Shown here: piece after piece, positions 24,930 to 35,290 of the stretch
Position numbering within the stretch: the stretch's first letter is position 1
How the letters are laid out: every line of letters starts with the position of its first letter
Source: a virus
Taxonomy: Duplodnaviria; Caudoviricetes
Strand: one strand, 5' to 3'
DNA: 64,000 nt
IMG/VR virus record: IMGVR_UViG_3300028048_000038
Location: 160,001 to 224,000 of that record
Notes under the pieces: model-generated
What the model saw: the letters and a program-made list of their open reading frames with translations, nothing else
Told to the model about the DNA's origin: nothing
Databases searched by the model: none
Program-made: the position numbers and the translations under genes

Positions 24930-26828
24930 TTACTTCACTTCCTCAAAGTCTGCGTCTTGTACATCCTCTGTAGAAGCTGTAGCAGAGTCAAAATCATTTG
25001 GCTGTTGTGCAGTGTCATTCTGCTGCTGATTCTGACCATAAACACGCTGCGAAATTGTTTGCCATACCTCATTGATGGCAGTCTCAGTCTCGTTAATCTT
25101 GTTCACGTCCTTTGAGCTGACAGCAGACTTCATCTGAGCGATAAGACCCTCAATCTTGCTCTTCTCGTCCTCAGTGATATTGTCTTTCTGCTCCTCAAGC
25201 ATCTTCTCTTGGGTAAATACAATGGTATCACCCTTATTGACAGCCTCGGCAGTCTCACGCTCCTTCTTATCAGACTCAGCGTTAGCCTCTGCCTCTGCTT
25301 TCATGCGCTCAATCTCTTCCTTAGACAAGCTGCTAGAACCCTCTACACGGATAGACTGTGCCTTGCCAGTACCCTTATCGGTTGCACTAACCTCAACGAT
25401 ACCATTGGCATTGATGCTAATCTTAACGGCAATCTGAGGAATACCACGCTTTGCTGGAAGAATGCCAGTCAAGTTGAACTTACCAATTGACTTGTTCTGT
25501 GAAGCCATTGGGCGATTACCTTGCAAAAGGTTAATCGTTACCTCAGTCTGATTGTCTGCTGCGGTTGAGAATACTTGCTCCTTATCGCAAGGGATGGTAG
25601 AGTTAGCCTCGATAAGTGTGGTCATCACACCACCAAGGGTCTCGATACCCAAGTTAAGAGGTGTAACGTCAAGCAATACGATTTCTCCAACACCTTCCTC
25701 ACCACCAAGCACAGCACCTTGGATACATGCACCAAGAGAAACTGCCTCGTCAGGGTTAACTGCCTTTGATGGGTCTTTCTGGAACACGCTCTTTGCAGCC
25801 TCTACGACCTTTGGAATACGTGTAGAACCACCAACAAGGATAACCTCGTCAATATCCTTAATCTCAAGCTTAGAAAGCTTCAATGCCTCGTTACAGAGGT
25901 CAACAAGCTTCTTATACAGAGGTTCAATCAACTGCTCGAATTTAGCACGTGACAATGATGCAACAAAGTGCTTTGGAGTACCATTCACTGGAGCCAAGTA
26001 TGGCAAGTTAATCTCAGTTGACATTGCTGTAGAAAGTTCAATCTTAGCCTTTTCAGCAGCCTCCTTAATACGCTGCATAGCCATAGAGTCAGTGCTTACA
26101 TCAGCACCCTCTTGTTTCTTGAACTCTTCAACCACCCAATTGACAATGGCTTGGTCAAAGTCCTCACCACCAAGGTGTGAGTCACCATTGGTTGAAATAA
26201 CCTCGAATACGCCACCACCAAAGTTAAGGATTGATACATCTGATGTACCACCACCAATATCATATACAACGATATTCATGTCCTTGTCTGACTTGTCGAT
26301 ACCGTAGGCAAGTGCAGCAGCAGTAGGCTCATTGATAATACGCTTAACGTTAAGGCCAGCAATCTGACCAGCCTCACTAGTAGCCTTACGTTGGTCATCG
26401 TTGAAGTACGCTGGAACTGTAATCACAGCATCAGTAACCTCAGTGCCAAGATAATCCTCGGCAGTCTTCTTCATCTTCTGCAAGATGGTTGCTGAAATCT
26501 CTTGAGGGGTATATTTTCGGTTATCAATGCTTACACGTGGAAAACCACCCTCATTAACGACATCGTAAGTCACACGCTTTGCTTCATCTGCAACGCTAGC
26601 AAATGGCATACCCATGAAACGCTTGATAGCGTACACAGTATTCTTAGGGTTAGTAATAGCTTGTCTACGTGCAGCATCACCGACCTTACGTTCACCATCC
26701 TTAAATCCTACAACTGATGGAGTTGTACGATTACCTTCACTATTAACAATAACAGTAGGTTGACCACCTTCAAAAACTGATACGCAAGATGTTGACGTAC
26801 CAAGGTCAATTCCAATAATTTTTCCCAT
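24930..26828 (-). CDS. dnaK: Chaperone DnaK (Hsp70)
   Basis: [43 protein letters not shown]. Confidence 0.98.
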   Translation of the reverse strand: MGKIIGIDLGTSTSCVSVFEGGQPTVIVNSEGNRTTPSVVGFKDGERKVGDAARRQAITNPKNTVYAIKRFMGMPFASVADEAKRVTYDVVNEGGFPRVSIDNRKYTPQEISATILQKMKKTAEDYLGTEVTDAVITVPAYFNDDQRKATSEAGQIAGLNVKRIINEPTAAALAYGIDKSDKDMNIVVYDIGGGTSDVSILNFGGGVFEVISTNGDSHLGGEDFDQAIVNWVVEEFKKQEGADVSTDSMAMQRIKEAAEKAKIELSTAMSTEINLPYLAPVNGTPKHFVASLSRAKFEQLIEPLYKKLVDLCNEALKLSKLEIKDIDEVILVGGSTRIPKVVEAAKSVFQKDPSKAVNPDEAVSLGACIQGAVLGGEEGVGEIVLLDVTPLNLGIETLGGVMTTLIEANSTIPCDKEQVFSTAADNQTEVTINLLQGNRPMASQNKSIGKFNLTGILPAKRGIPQIAVKISINANGIVEVSATDKGTGKAQSIRVEGSSSLSKEEIERMKAEAEANAESDKKERETAEAVNKGDTIVFTQEKMLEEQKDNITEDEKSKIEGLIAQMKSAVSSKDVNKINETETAINEVWQTISQRVYGQNQQQNDTAQQPNDFDSATASTEDVQDADFEEVK

Positions 26829-26935
26829 AAACTATCTTATATTTTTCTCTTAATTATTTTATCCTTTACAAAATACACTGAATAGATTATTCCTATCAGT
26901 GCTAATTTTAACGTATTCTTGTATAGCATAACCTA

Positions 26936-27196
26936 TCACATTATTTTTCCCCAATCTTTAGATAGTATTCCTTTTACATCCTTAAATGGTATTGAAGAGC
27001 GTAGTCTTGAATTATTAGCTTTTCCGTAATAAAGTCTAGTACCATACCCACAATCTTCAATTTGTGGATTTAGTTCATCAATAATATGATTTTCATAACA
27101 CCATTTTAGTTCCAAAGTTCCATCTTCCATTATATACAGAAAATATTTCGAACCTTTGAATATACCATCACAAGAATATATCTCCTTTGCATCCAC
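26936..27196 (-). CDS. Hypothetical protein (paralog of 27198-27476)
   Basis: Shared motifs EIY..KGSK..LELKWC.EN..W.KIM. Confidence 0.7.
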   Translation of the reverse strand: MDAKEIYSCDGIFKGSKYFLYIMEDGTLELKWCYENHIIDELNPQIEDCGYGTRLYYGKANNSRLRSSIPFKDVKGILSKDWGKIM

Positions 27197-27197
27197 A

Positions 27198-27476
27198 CTA
27201 CATTATTTTCTCCCAACAAGGCTCAAGCTCCCCTTGTTCATTCTGAAACGGCAACATCTGTCTTATCTGAAATAGGTTTGGTTCGCCATATTCCAATTTC
27301 ATTGTCCTTCCAACCTTCACAAACGAAGGGCATACTTGGCGTTCAACTATATTCTCACAACACCACTTCAATTCCAAGTCTCCACTTTCATAGACAATCA
27401 ATACGTTCTTTGAACCTTTGATGCTACTATCTGAGACATATATTTCCCTCACATCCCCTTGCAAATTATATGCCAT
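27198..27476 (-). CDS. Hypothetical protein (paralog of 26936-27196)
   Basis: Same motifs; ATG 27476 preferred over TTG 27494, which abuts the promoter. Confidence 0.7.
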   Translation of the reverse strand: MAYNLQGDVREIYVSDSSIKGSKNVLIVYESGDLELKWCCENIVERQVCPSFVKVGRTMKLEYGEPNLFQIRQMLPFQNEQGELEPCWEKIM

Positions 27477-27499
27477 ATTTTTAACAATTTTCAATCATA

Positions 27500-27532
27500 T
27501 GCAAATATATGAAAAAAAATTGAGATAGCAAA
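27500..27532 (-). promoter_or_regulatory. Bacteroidota sigma-A-type promoter
   Basis: TTTG-N19-TATATTTGCA. Confidence 0.75.
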
Positions 27533-27572
27533 ATACTATCCCAATCTTTTAAGCTTTTTTAATATTCCAAGA

Positions 27573-27992
27573 TTAATCTTCAGAGATATAATCAGTTATA
27601 TGACCTATCACATGGTTTAGTTTGCAAAGGAGTTCTCCCATAATTGCATCCTCTGTAAGCATTGTAACATTGGTTGTCTCAAGTGAACCAAGGTCATAAC
27701 CCTTTTCAATTCTAGCCTTTGCGATATTAACGCCAATCTCTTCGTCAAATGTGTCAGATGGGTGACAAATTGACATACCTAGTGTCAGTTTTCTCTTCAT
27801 CTGCTTAATCTTATACTTAAGCTCTCCCTTGACAAAGTTAGTTGGCTTTGTCTCAACGTCAACAATCTCAGTTACCTCAGTATTCTCTCGTGACTGCTCA
27901 AGCTTTCCTACGACAGTAACTACATGCTTCTTCCGTCCTGTCTTCGCAATTCCATAAACATGAAAGTACTTTACTCTTACATTATTTGCCAT
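27573..27992 (-). CDS. Conserved phage hypothetical protein
   Basis: GMSICHPSDTFDEEIGVNIAKAR, a motif type common in phage proteins. Confidence 0.7.
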   Translation of the reverse strand: MANNVRVKYFHVYGIAKTGRKKHVVTVVGKLEQSRENTEVTEIVDVETKPTNFVKGELKYKIKQMKRKLTLGMSICHPSDTFDEEIGVNIAKARIEKGYDLGSLETTNVTMLTEDAIMGELLCKLNHVIGHITDYISED

Positions 27993-28015
27993 AACTATAT
28001 AGTTTTTTAGTTTTA

Positions 28016-28339
28016 TTATTTCTTCATTGCTGCTTCATACTCCCTATCCCTTCTCTCAATCTCATCGAATGGAGATACACCTTGGGGTAAGGTAGTTATC
28101 TTTTCAAATCCGTTTTCCTCTGTTATAAGTGAATCCTTTTCAGCAACACAACCCTCATATCTCTCACCATATGAGCCACTCATCTTTTTTGTGCTTGGGT
28201 CTAAATCTCCCCAACCAACAGAATGTGCGTTACCAATCACTTCAACAAAATATCTCTTATTGGTTACTTTGGATTTGACAATGAAGCGTCCAGTATTATC
28301 ACTATCCTTCAAAAATCTTTTTTTATCCATTACTACCAT
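28016..28339 (-). CDS. Hypothetical protein
   Basis: 107-aa ORF. Confidence 0.7.
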   Translation of the reverse strand: MVVMDKKRFLKDSDNTGRFIVKSKVTNKRYFVEVIGNAHSVGWGDLDPSTKKMSGSYGERYEGCVAEKDSLITEENGFEKITTLPQGVSPFDEIERRDREYEAAMKK

Positions 28340-28615
28340 TTATATGACGGTATCATAAAACGCTGCTCTAAATCGCTGAATTGAGTTTGTTATTTTTTCA
28401 TTTTTCGTATCAATGACCACAGTATTATTATTCGTTTTGTAAACTAACCAATCACTATTAATATCATCAAAATGACGGTTCACAAGTTCTATAAGGTCAT
28501 CATCACTCAATCTATCAAATTTTATTTTTACCTTATTTTCATTATCTAATTCAAAAGAATACTTTTCCCTTAAACCTTTAATAAAGTATTCATTATTTAA
28601 TCTTATTTTCATCAA
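28340..28615 (-). CDS. Hypothetical protein
   Basis: 91-aa ORF, tightly packed. Confidence 0.65.
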   Translation of the reverse strand: MMKIRLNNEYFIKGLREKYSFELDNENKVKIKFDRLSDDDLIELVNRHFDDINSDWLVYKTNNNTVVIDTKNEKITNSIQRFRAAFYDTVI

Positions 28616-28812
28616 AACATATTTTTAGGTATTTTTGCCTTTCTAACATACTCTGGATTTGTAATCAACTTCTTAAGCATTGCATTATAATATGTTGGTG
28701 CTGGACCTCCATTTACCCAAAATTGTCCTCTGAAATAAATGATTTCACTTCCCTCTGGAAGTGTTCCCTCACCAGCTTCGAAAGGTTTGATTAAAATGTA
28801 CTTCTCGCTCAT
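28612..28812 (-). CDS. Hypothetical protein
   Basis: 66-aa ORF with ATGA overlaps. Confidence 0.65.
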   Translation of the reverse strand: MSEKYILIKPFEAGEGTLPEGSEIIYFRGQFWVNGGPAPTYYNAMLKKLITNPEYVRKAKIPKNMF

Positions 28813-29315
28813 AATTTAACTTTGTCTAAGGTGGCACTTATATGTTCCAATATAGGTGTCATTATTTTATCAACTTCAGCCCAATCGACATGTGGTCTGT
28901 TACAACCATTAAGCCACTTAACTGGAGTTCCAATATTTCGGTCATCAATGCAAAATACAGCAAATGACTTTGTGACCTCTTTATGTTTATCATCCCCAAT
29001 TTGTCTTGGGTTCTTTCTTAAATTATAAAGTTTTACACCCTCTTTTTCAAGAGTTATTAAAGGTTCTTTTAATAATTCGTCATTTCTCATTGAATTAAGA
29101 ATCCAACCAACGTTATAATCCTTAGTCCAACGTTTCATAACCTCGAATGCTTCATAGTTTATATCCATTGTTCCATCTTCCCAACAAGAGCATTTTGTAA
29201 GCGTATAATCCCAATCAACCTCAATTGGAATTATCCACCTACCGTCCTCTGTTCTCTCACTATAGAACAAAATTTCATCCACTACTCCATTATATCTTTT
29301 ATCCATCTTCACCAA
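28809..29315 (-). CDS. HAD-superfamily hydrolase-like protein
   Basis: IEVDWDYT, ILNSMR, CIDDRN. Confidence 0.65.
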   Translation of the reverse strand: MVKMDKRYNGVVDEILFYSERTEDGRWIIPIEVDWDYTLTKCSCWEDGTMDINYEAFEVMKRWTKDYNVGWILNSMRNDELLKEPLITLEKEGVKLYNLRKNPRQIGDDKHKEVTKSFAVFCIDDRNIGTPVKWLNGCNRPHVDWAEVDKIMTPILEHISATLDKVKL

Positions 29316-29887
29316 TTTATCTCTCTTATGGGAGGACTAACAATATCACGTGGATATTCTGTCTTTCCATCCTCATATTGTTTTAAATTATGTTTCTTCC
29401 AATAGGCGTGATTAAGCTTTCCCAATACGCCATAATTCAATACAGTTGTATAGTTATCTCTTTCTTCATATTCAACGTCAATATCATGTTCTTGGCAGTA
29501 TCTATATATGAATTCAGCAAATGCACGTGAACGAGACATTCCAGCTCTACAGTGGATATCAAAGCTCTCAACACCCTTATTGATGTTGTCCTCGATAAAC
29601 TGAATTGCCCTCTCAGCTTGTTCAATCCTCATGGTCTTGAAATGATGCCCATTATACATCACATCGTCTGCAATGTCATCGAAATCAAGGTTAAGGACAT
29701 TTGGATGGTCTTTGAAGAAGTGTTCCGTATTTCCCTCATCCAAATAATACTTAAGGCATTCTGGTGTCCCTATAATCGAGATAAACGCCTTATTCTCATT
29801 CTCCACGTTATCATCATCCAAACCCATTTTTATCATCTTCTCATCAAAGAGATAATGAGAAAGGACTGTTATTCTAATCTTAGCCAT
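29309..29887 (-). CDS. Protein-tyrosine/dual-specificity phosphatase-like protein
   Basis: LNLDFDD and the CX5R motif IHCRAGMSRS. Confidence 0.85.
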   Translation of the reverse strand: MAKIRITVLSHYLFDEKMIKMGLDDDNVENENKAFISIIGTPECLKYYLDEGNTEHFFKDHPNVLNLDFDDIADDVMYNGHHFKTMRIEQAERAIQFIEDNINKGVESFDIHCRAGMSRSRAFAEFIYRYCQEHDIDVEYEERDNYTTVLNYGVLGKLNHAYWKKHNLKQYEDGKTEYPRDIVSPPIREINW

Positions 29888-30162
29888 TTCTTTACCTTTA
29901 TTTTATATGACCACACGAGGCTCTTCAGAAGTCTTATAATTGCCATTTCAGCAGCCTCATCATATGTATCACCATGTACCCAAAAACCAAATGAGGTACG
30001 GCTATCATTGAGTGTCTTGAAATTCGTAATATAGATTTCAAATACCACATTACTAGTATCACTTAACTCCCAATCTGTTACGCCAATTGGTTTTGTGCGT
30101 ACTTTCTTTTCAATCTTAACATTGGTTAACCTAACCAAAATATCCAAAAATTTACCAACCAT
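29869..30162 (-). CDS. Hypothetical protein
   Basis: 97-aa ORF. Confidence 0.6.
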   Translation of the reverse strand: MVGKFLDILVRLTNVKIEKKVRTKPIGVTDWELSDTSNVVFEIYITNFKTLNDSRTSFGFWVHGDTYDEAAEMAIIRLLKSLVWSYKIKVKKWLRLE

Positions 30163-30496
30163 AACTGTTTGTTGCTAATGTTGTTGTTGATGAAATTGTC
30201 CAAGTACTATATGTATTCGTATTATAGTAATATGTATCTGAATAATATACACTACTAGGCTTCCTTTTCTTTATTTCGAAATCGATAGTCCTCACATACC
30301 CAAACTTATATCTATGTATTTTTGTATATCTGTTCTTTAATGCCCTATATGCCAAGTTTAACACATCCAATTCATTATCTGTGTATTTCCTACTGAAGTC
30401 AATTTCCTTTTCCACTGCATAGCTCCCAAGTTTCTTCTTCAGATTATTAAGGCGTATCCTAATTTCGCTTAAACTATATTTCTTAACATCTTTCAT
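30152..30496 (-). CDS. Hypothetical protein
   Basis: 114-aa ORF. Confidence 0.6.
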   Translation of the reverse strand: MKDVKKYSLSEIRIRLNNLKKKLGSYAVEKEIDFSRKYTDNELDVLNLAYRALKNRYTKIHRYKFGYVRTIDFEIKKRKPSSVYYSDTYYYNTNTYSTWTISSTTTLATNSYGW

Positions 30497-30501
30497 AATC
30501 G

Positions 30502-30654
30502 TTAGAATTTCTTTATATCATCCCACTTCTCAAAACCTTTTCTGAGTTTCTTAATTGATTTCTTGAACACCACGTAAAAATAACTTGATGATATCAATGT
30601 CAAAAACAACGTACTTATAAAACTACCTAAAAATATTTTCTCTTTTGTTTCCAT
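30502..30654 (-). CDS. 50-aa single-pass membrane protein
   Basis: METKEKIFLGSFISTLFLTLISSSYFYVVFKKSIKKLRKGFEKWDDIKKF; below the track cutoff. Confidence 0.5.
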   Translation of the reverse strand: METKEKIFLGSFISTLFLTLISSSYFYVVFKKSIKKLRKGFEKWDDIKKF

Positions 30655-30812
30655 TTTCTATTATAATGTTTCTCTTAATCTATCAATTAATTCATTATCT
30701 ATATCCCTAAAAAATACATAATTTTTATCTTTATAGAACTCATTTAATAATATCGTTTATATATAAAAACCACAAATAACCTAAAAGATATTATTATTTA
30801 CAATTATTTTAT

Positions 30813-31661
30813 TCAAAAAGCGTTTTTAAACCAATCTTCCCTATATATTAAGTTAATTGGTATCAATTCATATGTTCCATCATCCCTTAGCCAAATAACT
30901 CTAGCTGCTATTGGAGGTAAACCTATGCCAGCTAGACATAAACTATATAAATTCAACTGTAATGTGTAATATGAAAGTGGCTCTTCATATAAATCTCCAA
31001 ATGGTGGTAATAAAAACTTACCATTTTCCCTACTGAAATCTTTTCTTAACTCACGGTTAGTTTTCCAATCTAGTACAACCAAGCCACTTTTACTCTTGTC
31101 TGCTGGGTGCTCATACCAAGCTAAAAGGTCAAAAGTACCACAAAAAGGTTGTCTTACAGTTGAAATATCACTTTTATTTGAATATACCTTTGTCTCAGCC
31201 AACACAAAATGAAGATTCTCATTCAATTCATCATAGAACTTCAATACAGATTCCTCTTTTGGCCTCGTTGGTATCAACCAATCCTTATCCTTAACATACT
31301 TTGGTTCGCAAGATTTTGGCATCAATTCTGGATGTCCATTCCTCAACCAACCCAATCCCTCCGCAAACTCGTGAACCAGGGTGCCTGACGTTGTAGCCTT
31401 AAGATTTGTGAACTTCCATTTGTCCAACCAATACTCTGCTGTCTCTCCATGAGTCTCAGCATACCTTATCGCTTGCGTTTCAGAATCGAAAGGATATTGA
31501 CAGAATTTGTGTGTAACCTCTGATACAGATGGTAACTGCTCCCCATTCAAAAAGTATTTGTGTCCCTCTTCTATAAATGTTAAATCCTTGAATTCCTTTA
31601 GTATCTTATTCCTAATGCTCGTTACTTCCTTTGGTTCTCCATCTACTACTATTTTCTTCAT
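30813..31661 (-). CDS. PD-(D/E)xK exonuclease (RecB/Cas4-like)
   Basis: GTLVH, E..V, CGTFDLL, VLDWKT, YTLQLNLY. Confidence 0.85.
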   Translation of the reverse strand: MKKIVVDGEPKEVTSIRNKILKEFKDLTFIEEGHKYFLNGEQLPSVSEVTHKFCQYPFDSETQAIRYAETHGETAEYWLDKWKFTNLKATTSGTLVHEFAEGLGWLRNGHPELMPKSCEPKYVKDKDWLIPTRPKEESVLKFYDELNENLHFVLAETKVYSNKSDISTVRQPFCGTFDLLAWYEHPADKSKSGLVVLDWKTNRELRKDFSRENGKFLLPPFGDLYEEPLSYYTLQLNLYSLCLAGIGLPPIAARVIWLRDDGTYELIPINLIYREDWFKNAF

Positions 31662-31675
31662 TTTTATACAATTTA

Positions 31676-31709
31676 TGCAAAGATATAGATAAATTTTTAA
31701 AAAAACAAA
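31676..31709 (-). promoter_or_regulatory. Bacteroidota sigma-A-type promoter
   Basis: TTTG-N20-TATCTTTGCA. Confidence 0.8.
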
Positions 31710-31801
31710 TAATTTAATAAAAAAACAATATTCTTGTTAACACAAAAACTTCCTTACCAAGATATACTATGAGTGGTACACACGTAACAATACGGCATAA
31801 G

Positions 31802-31831
31802 AAAAGAGCAACCATTGTTGATTGCTCTTTT
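31802..31831. terminator. Intrinsic terminator at the end of the tail module
   Basis: aaaagagcaa...ttgctctttt. Confidence 0.7.
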
Positions 31832-31881
31832 TTACAACATTAATTGTATTGTTATTCATCCCCGTTCAGGGTGAGAGTATC

Positions 31882-34191
31882 TTAACCGTTTTTTAGATAC
31901 ACAATACCTGTATCTTCATAATGTTTATTACCACTAGAATCAAGGTAATACCAAGTCACATCGGCTGTTGCTATCTGTTCCACCGTTATGCCAGTCATTG
32001 CAGTAGCGTAGATTTCATATCCACCACTAGGCTTCGATATAACTTCAAACTTAGTGTTGTCAAACACGCTAGTTTGTGTTGTCTTGACTTCTATTGCACA
32101 GCAAGTTAACGCTGACTCTGGAATAGAATTTTTTAGTTCCGCTATCTTTTTCCTTTCCCCGTTGGTAAACGGTATTGGGTTATCTACTGTCACGCCACCT
32201 TCCGTGTGTAATAGCTCAAAACTATATGAGGAACTATTACATGACTTCGGTATAAGCTTTGTCAGCGTTATTGTCACTTGGGTAGTGGAATCATCCAAAA
32301 CAGTTGGTACAGCAGTCGCTTCATAGTCCTCGTTCATATTTGTTGTAGCAGTGATTTCATAAATCTCACGGTTCTTCATGCCCATTGGGTATTGAATATT
32401 TTTTGGCGAGTTAAAAGCAATATCAACTTTATTTACATTATAATAATATGAACCAGCCCTAATGCTTAAATCTGTCACTAAGTTTCCACTTGGAGTAGTA
32501 GAGCCTTTATCTATTTGCGTAAGCACAATTAAAGGTGCGTCAGGAGCAGGCATTTGATATACAGTGAACTCATTCGTGCAGTTTGACAAACTAGCGTTTG
32601 AATATCTGACTGTGACTTTGAAGCTCTTCTCTACGGATTCTGTGTTCGGGTCAGCCGTAAAGAACACTTCCTTATGACCCCAATTATCACTAACGTGGTC
32701 TAGCCTTGGGTTGGAACACGGATGCTCAATACCGTCTGTGCTGAATGAGTAGGTGATGTTACCGTTGCAAGGACTGGTAACCAAAGAGGTATTGTATTCG
32801 AAGTTATAGGAAGATGAAGTACCACCGCTTGCAGGTATTTGTCTACTACTACTTGTGCTTGATGGTACGTAACAGCCTTTGGTCTTAACACTTTCGCAAT
32901 TTGTACAGTCAAGAGGAGTACCTCCTTGTACTATTTCAAATTCCTTCTCGCACGGGTTAATTCCGCTAGAATCTGTTATGTATAGTATAAGAGTACACCG
33001 CCTAGAATCTGATGATTCATTTTCAGATAAAACAATATTCAATTTATCATCAGCTATACCGCTTACAAGCCAATCACATTCATCTTTTTTAACAACGCCA
33101 GTTAATCTAGCGCAGTCATTAAGATATTCTGATGTAACATCAATTAAAATTCTATCAGCACTGTAACTAGCACTATGTGATGTTGTGCTTGAAGTCCAAG
33201 CATTTGTACAATTGCATCCTTCTTGTTTTATTGTTACTTTTTTTGAAAACTCCCCACAAAATGTGCCACTCATCCTTTTTAGCATACTTGCAGTGTATTC
33301 AACACCTGGCACGACTGATTTATCGCTGTCAATGATATATCCGACTTGAGTAAACTGTGCCTCCCTGTCATCAGTTGAACTATTTGGGTCTATAAGACAG
33401 TGAACATACCATCTACCATCATTATATACATATCTAAAGTTATTTATGTCGCCTCTTCCTAGCCATGAAGGGCAATAGCCAGACAGCAAGTAAAAGCCTT
33501 TATCAGACAAAGCATCTCCGCTTTTATTAGAATATGTTCTTGCTATTGACTCACGAGAACCACCGTTATGGTCAATAAGATAACCACTTAAATAATACCC
33601 ACCGCTGCTCCATGAAGTGTCTTGTAATTTTTCGCAATTTATAGTAGGACTCTGTATGTATGGTTTAGCTATTGTCTGGCAAACAGTACCATCCCTTAAT
33701 GTTATGTATATATTGACAACGCAGCTTCTTTCAGGCGATGACCTTAAAGGTAATACATCGGCATAAACTGCATATTTCTTATTGGCTTCAAGCTCTTCAA
33801 CTCTAACTAGATTTTCACCATCACTGTAGAAAATGCTACTTGCTGAACTACTACAATATGCACTAATTGAGCCACAGCCTTGTGTATTTGCAGAAAAAAG
33901 CATTACATTCCTTTCCATTACCCTAGGTGTGGGCAGATATGTGTTGGTGTATACAATTCTACCCTCTATATTGCTGCAATCACAATGTATTTCACAAGGC
34001 GGAACTTCGTAGTCAACAGATGAGCTGCAACCTTCATCGTCAACGTATGTTATCGTGTACACAATAAAATCATCTCCAACTGTATTACTAGGTATGTTGG
34101 CCACCCCGTTGTCATCTATGGAAGCACCACCAGTTTTTGGGTTTATATCCCATGTACTCATAGTTATACTATTACTTTTTTTATAATTCAT
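31882..34191 (-). CDS. Cys-rich multi-domain Ig/BACON-like virion protein (gene C)
   Basis: Repeated W..N.....R......V.Q units separated by CxC linkers; N-terminus paralogous to 34378-35265. Confidence 0.65.
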   Translation of the reverse strand: MNYKKSNSITMSTWDINPKTGGASIDDNGVANIPSNTVGDDFIVYTITYVDDEGCSSSVDYEVPPCEIHCDCSNIEGRIVYTNTYLPTPRVMERNVMLFSANTQGCGSISAYCSSSASSIFYSDGENLVRVEELEANKKYAVYADVLPLRSSPERSCVVNIYITLRDGTVCQTIAKPYIQSPTINCEKLQDTSWSSGGYYLSGYLIDHNGGSRESIARTYSNKSGDALSDKGFYLLSGYCPSWLGRGDINNFRYVYNDGRWYVHCLIDPNSSTDDREAQFTQVGYIIDSDKSVVPGVEYTASMLKRMSGTFCGEFSKKVTIKQEGCNCTNAWTSSTTSHSASYSADRILIDVTSEYLNDCARLTGVVKKDECDWLVSGIADDKLNIVLSENESSDSRRCTLILYITDSSGINPCEKEFEIVQGGTPLDCTNCESVKTKGCYVPSSTSSSRQIPASGGTSSSYNFEYNTSLVTSPCNGNITYSFSTDGIEHPCSNPRLDHVSDNWGHKEVFFTADPNTESVEKSFKVTVRYSNASLSNCTNEFTVYQMPAPDAPLIVLTQIDKGSTTPSGNLVTDLSIRAGSYYYNVNKVDIAFNSPKNIQYPMGMKNREIYEITATTNMNEDYEATAVPTVLDDSTTQVTITLTKLIPKSCNSSSYSFELLHTEGGVTVDNPIPFTNGERKKIAELKNSIPESALTCCAIEVKTTQTSVFDNTKFEVISKPSGGYEIYATAMTGITVEQIATADVTWYYLDSSGNKHYEDTGIVYLKNG

Positions 34192-34195
34192 TATT

Positions 34196-34326
34196 TTAAC
34201 TTGCCATGAAAGTCACACTACCTCCATGACAATCCACTTGTCTGCTAGGTGTGATGTTATATGATACACCCTCACAAGGTCTTGGTTCTAGCTGTACTAG
34301 GACTAATACTCCATGCCATATTCTAT
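34196..34326. repeat. Composite direct-repeat cassette
   Basis: 34196-34285 matches 35291-35380 (88/90); 34288-34326 matches 35234-35272 (39/39). Confidence 0.92.
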
Positions 34327-34377
34327 ATTATTTATCTGTTTAAATTAGTTTAATAATTATAAAGAAAAAATATATTT

Positions 34378-35265
34378 TTAAAGTTCACACATTCCTCCAG
34401 TTACCCTCATAACAATATTATCAATTCTTATGCCATAGTTTATACTTGCGCACACTTTGCATGGTCCACAAATTTGAGGCCAAGGGTTGAACGCATAACA
34501 TTGACTATCTGGTATATCACATGATAAACAAGCACCATTCCATCTCATGTCATAGTTTACAATTTCATGCTTTAGTGTTGCTACCATATTAGGTATATCG
34601 AAGTCTATTGAATTTAAAATCTGTTCCTCAGTCCAACTTGAATCAACTTCAAATTTTGCTATTCCTGTTGTCTTTCCAGAAGTACTAGTTCCGCCTCCAG
34701 CGACAACACTAATATTAATATTTTTATTAGGAACTTTTAATGTTACGTCAACTGAGCCTTTTTCAATATTTGTAAATTGTACTGTATATGGTATTGAAAC
34801 TTGTTTTGTTGGTCCGCCGCCTCCCGCTTTTTGTCTTACAGTGGCAACAAACTCACATCCGTCATCTGAAACGAACACGGCTCTTCCTTCCCTATATCCT
34901 CCACTGTTATCTTCAGCTTTACAGACATAGACATAACGTTCACTGTCCCCACCAGTTGATAAATAGGTTATCCAAGAATCAGAATCACTTCTTGAGAATG
35001 TAAGAGGTGACTTAGACTTAGTTGACATTGCAACACCAGCGCCCACATTATCCTTAGCACTTTCTTCTGCGTTGAGGTTAATAAATTGATATACTGTACA
35101 GTCTGTTGGTGAACAACCAGGGATGGTGTATGTCGTACTTGAACTACACCCATCCCCGTCTGTATAAGTTATTCTATAGGTTTTGCTGTTGCCTACAGCC
35201 TCTGGAAACCAAGCATTACCACTATCATCTATACTAGCTGTACTAGGACTAATACTCCATGCCAT
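34378..35265 (-). CDS. BACON-like putative adhesin/tail protein (gene B)
   Basis: SDSWI..AEDNSGGYREGRAVF..VRQ; Cys-rich C-terminus. Confidence 0.65.
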   Translation of the reverse strand: MAWSISPSTASIDDSGNAWFPEAVGNSKTYRITYTDGDGCSSSTTYTIPGCSPTDCTVYQFINLNAEESAKDNVGAGVAMSTKSKSPLTFSRSDSDSWITYLSTGGDSERYVYVCKAEDNSGGYREGRAVFVSDDGCEFVATVRQKAGGGGPTKQVSIPYTVQFTNIEKGSVDVTLKVPNKNINISVVAGGGTSTSGKTTGIAKFEVDSSWTEEQILNSIDFDIPNMVATLKHEIVNYDMRWNGACLSCDIPDSQCYAFNPWPQICGPCKVCASINYGIRIDNIVMRVTGGMCEL

Positions 35266-35290
35266 ATTCTATGTTATTATTTATTATTAT

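Noticed and set aside
25552-26307. 251-aa plus-strand ORF and similar antisense ORFs across the window
   Set aside because: They lie antisense to well-supported genes such as dnaK, a known consequence of codon bias.
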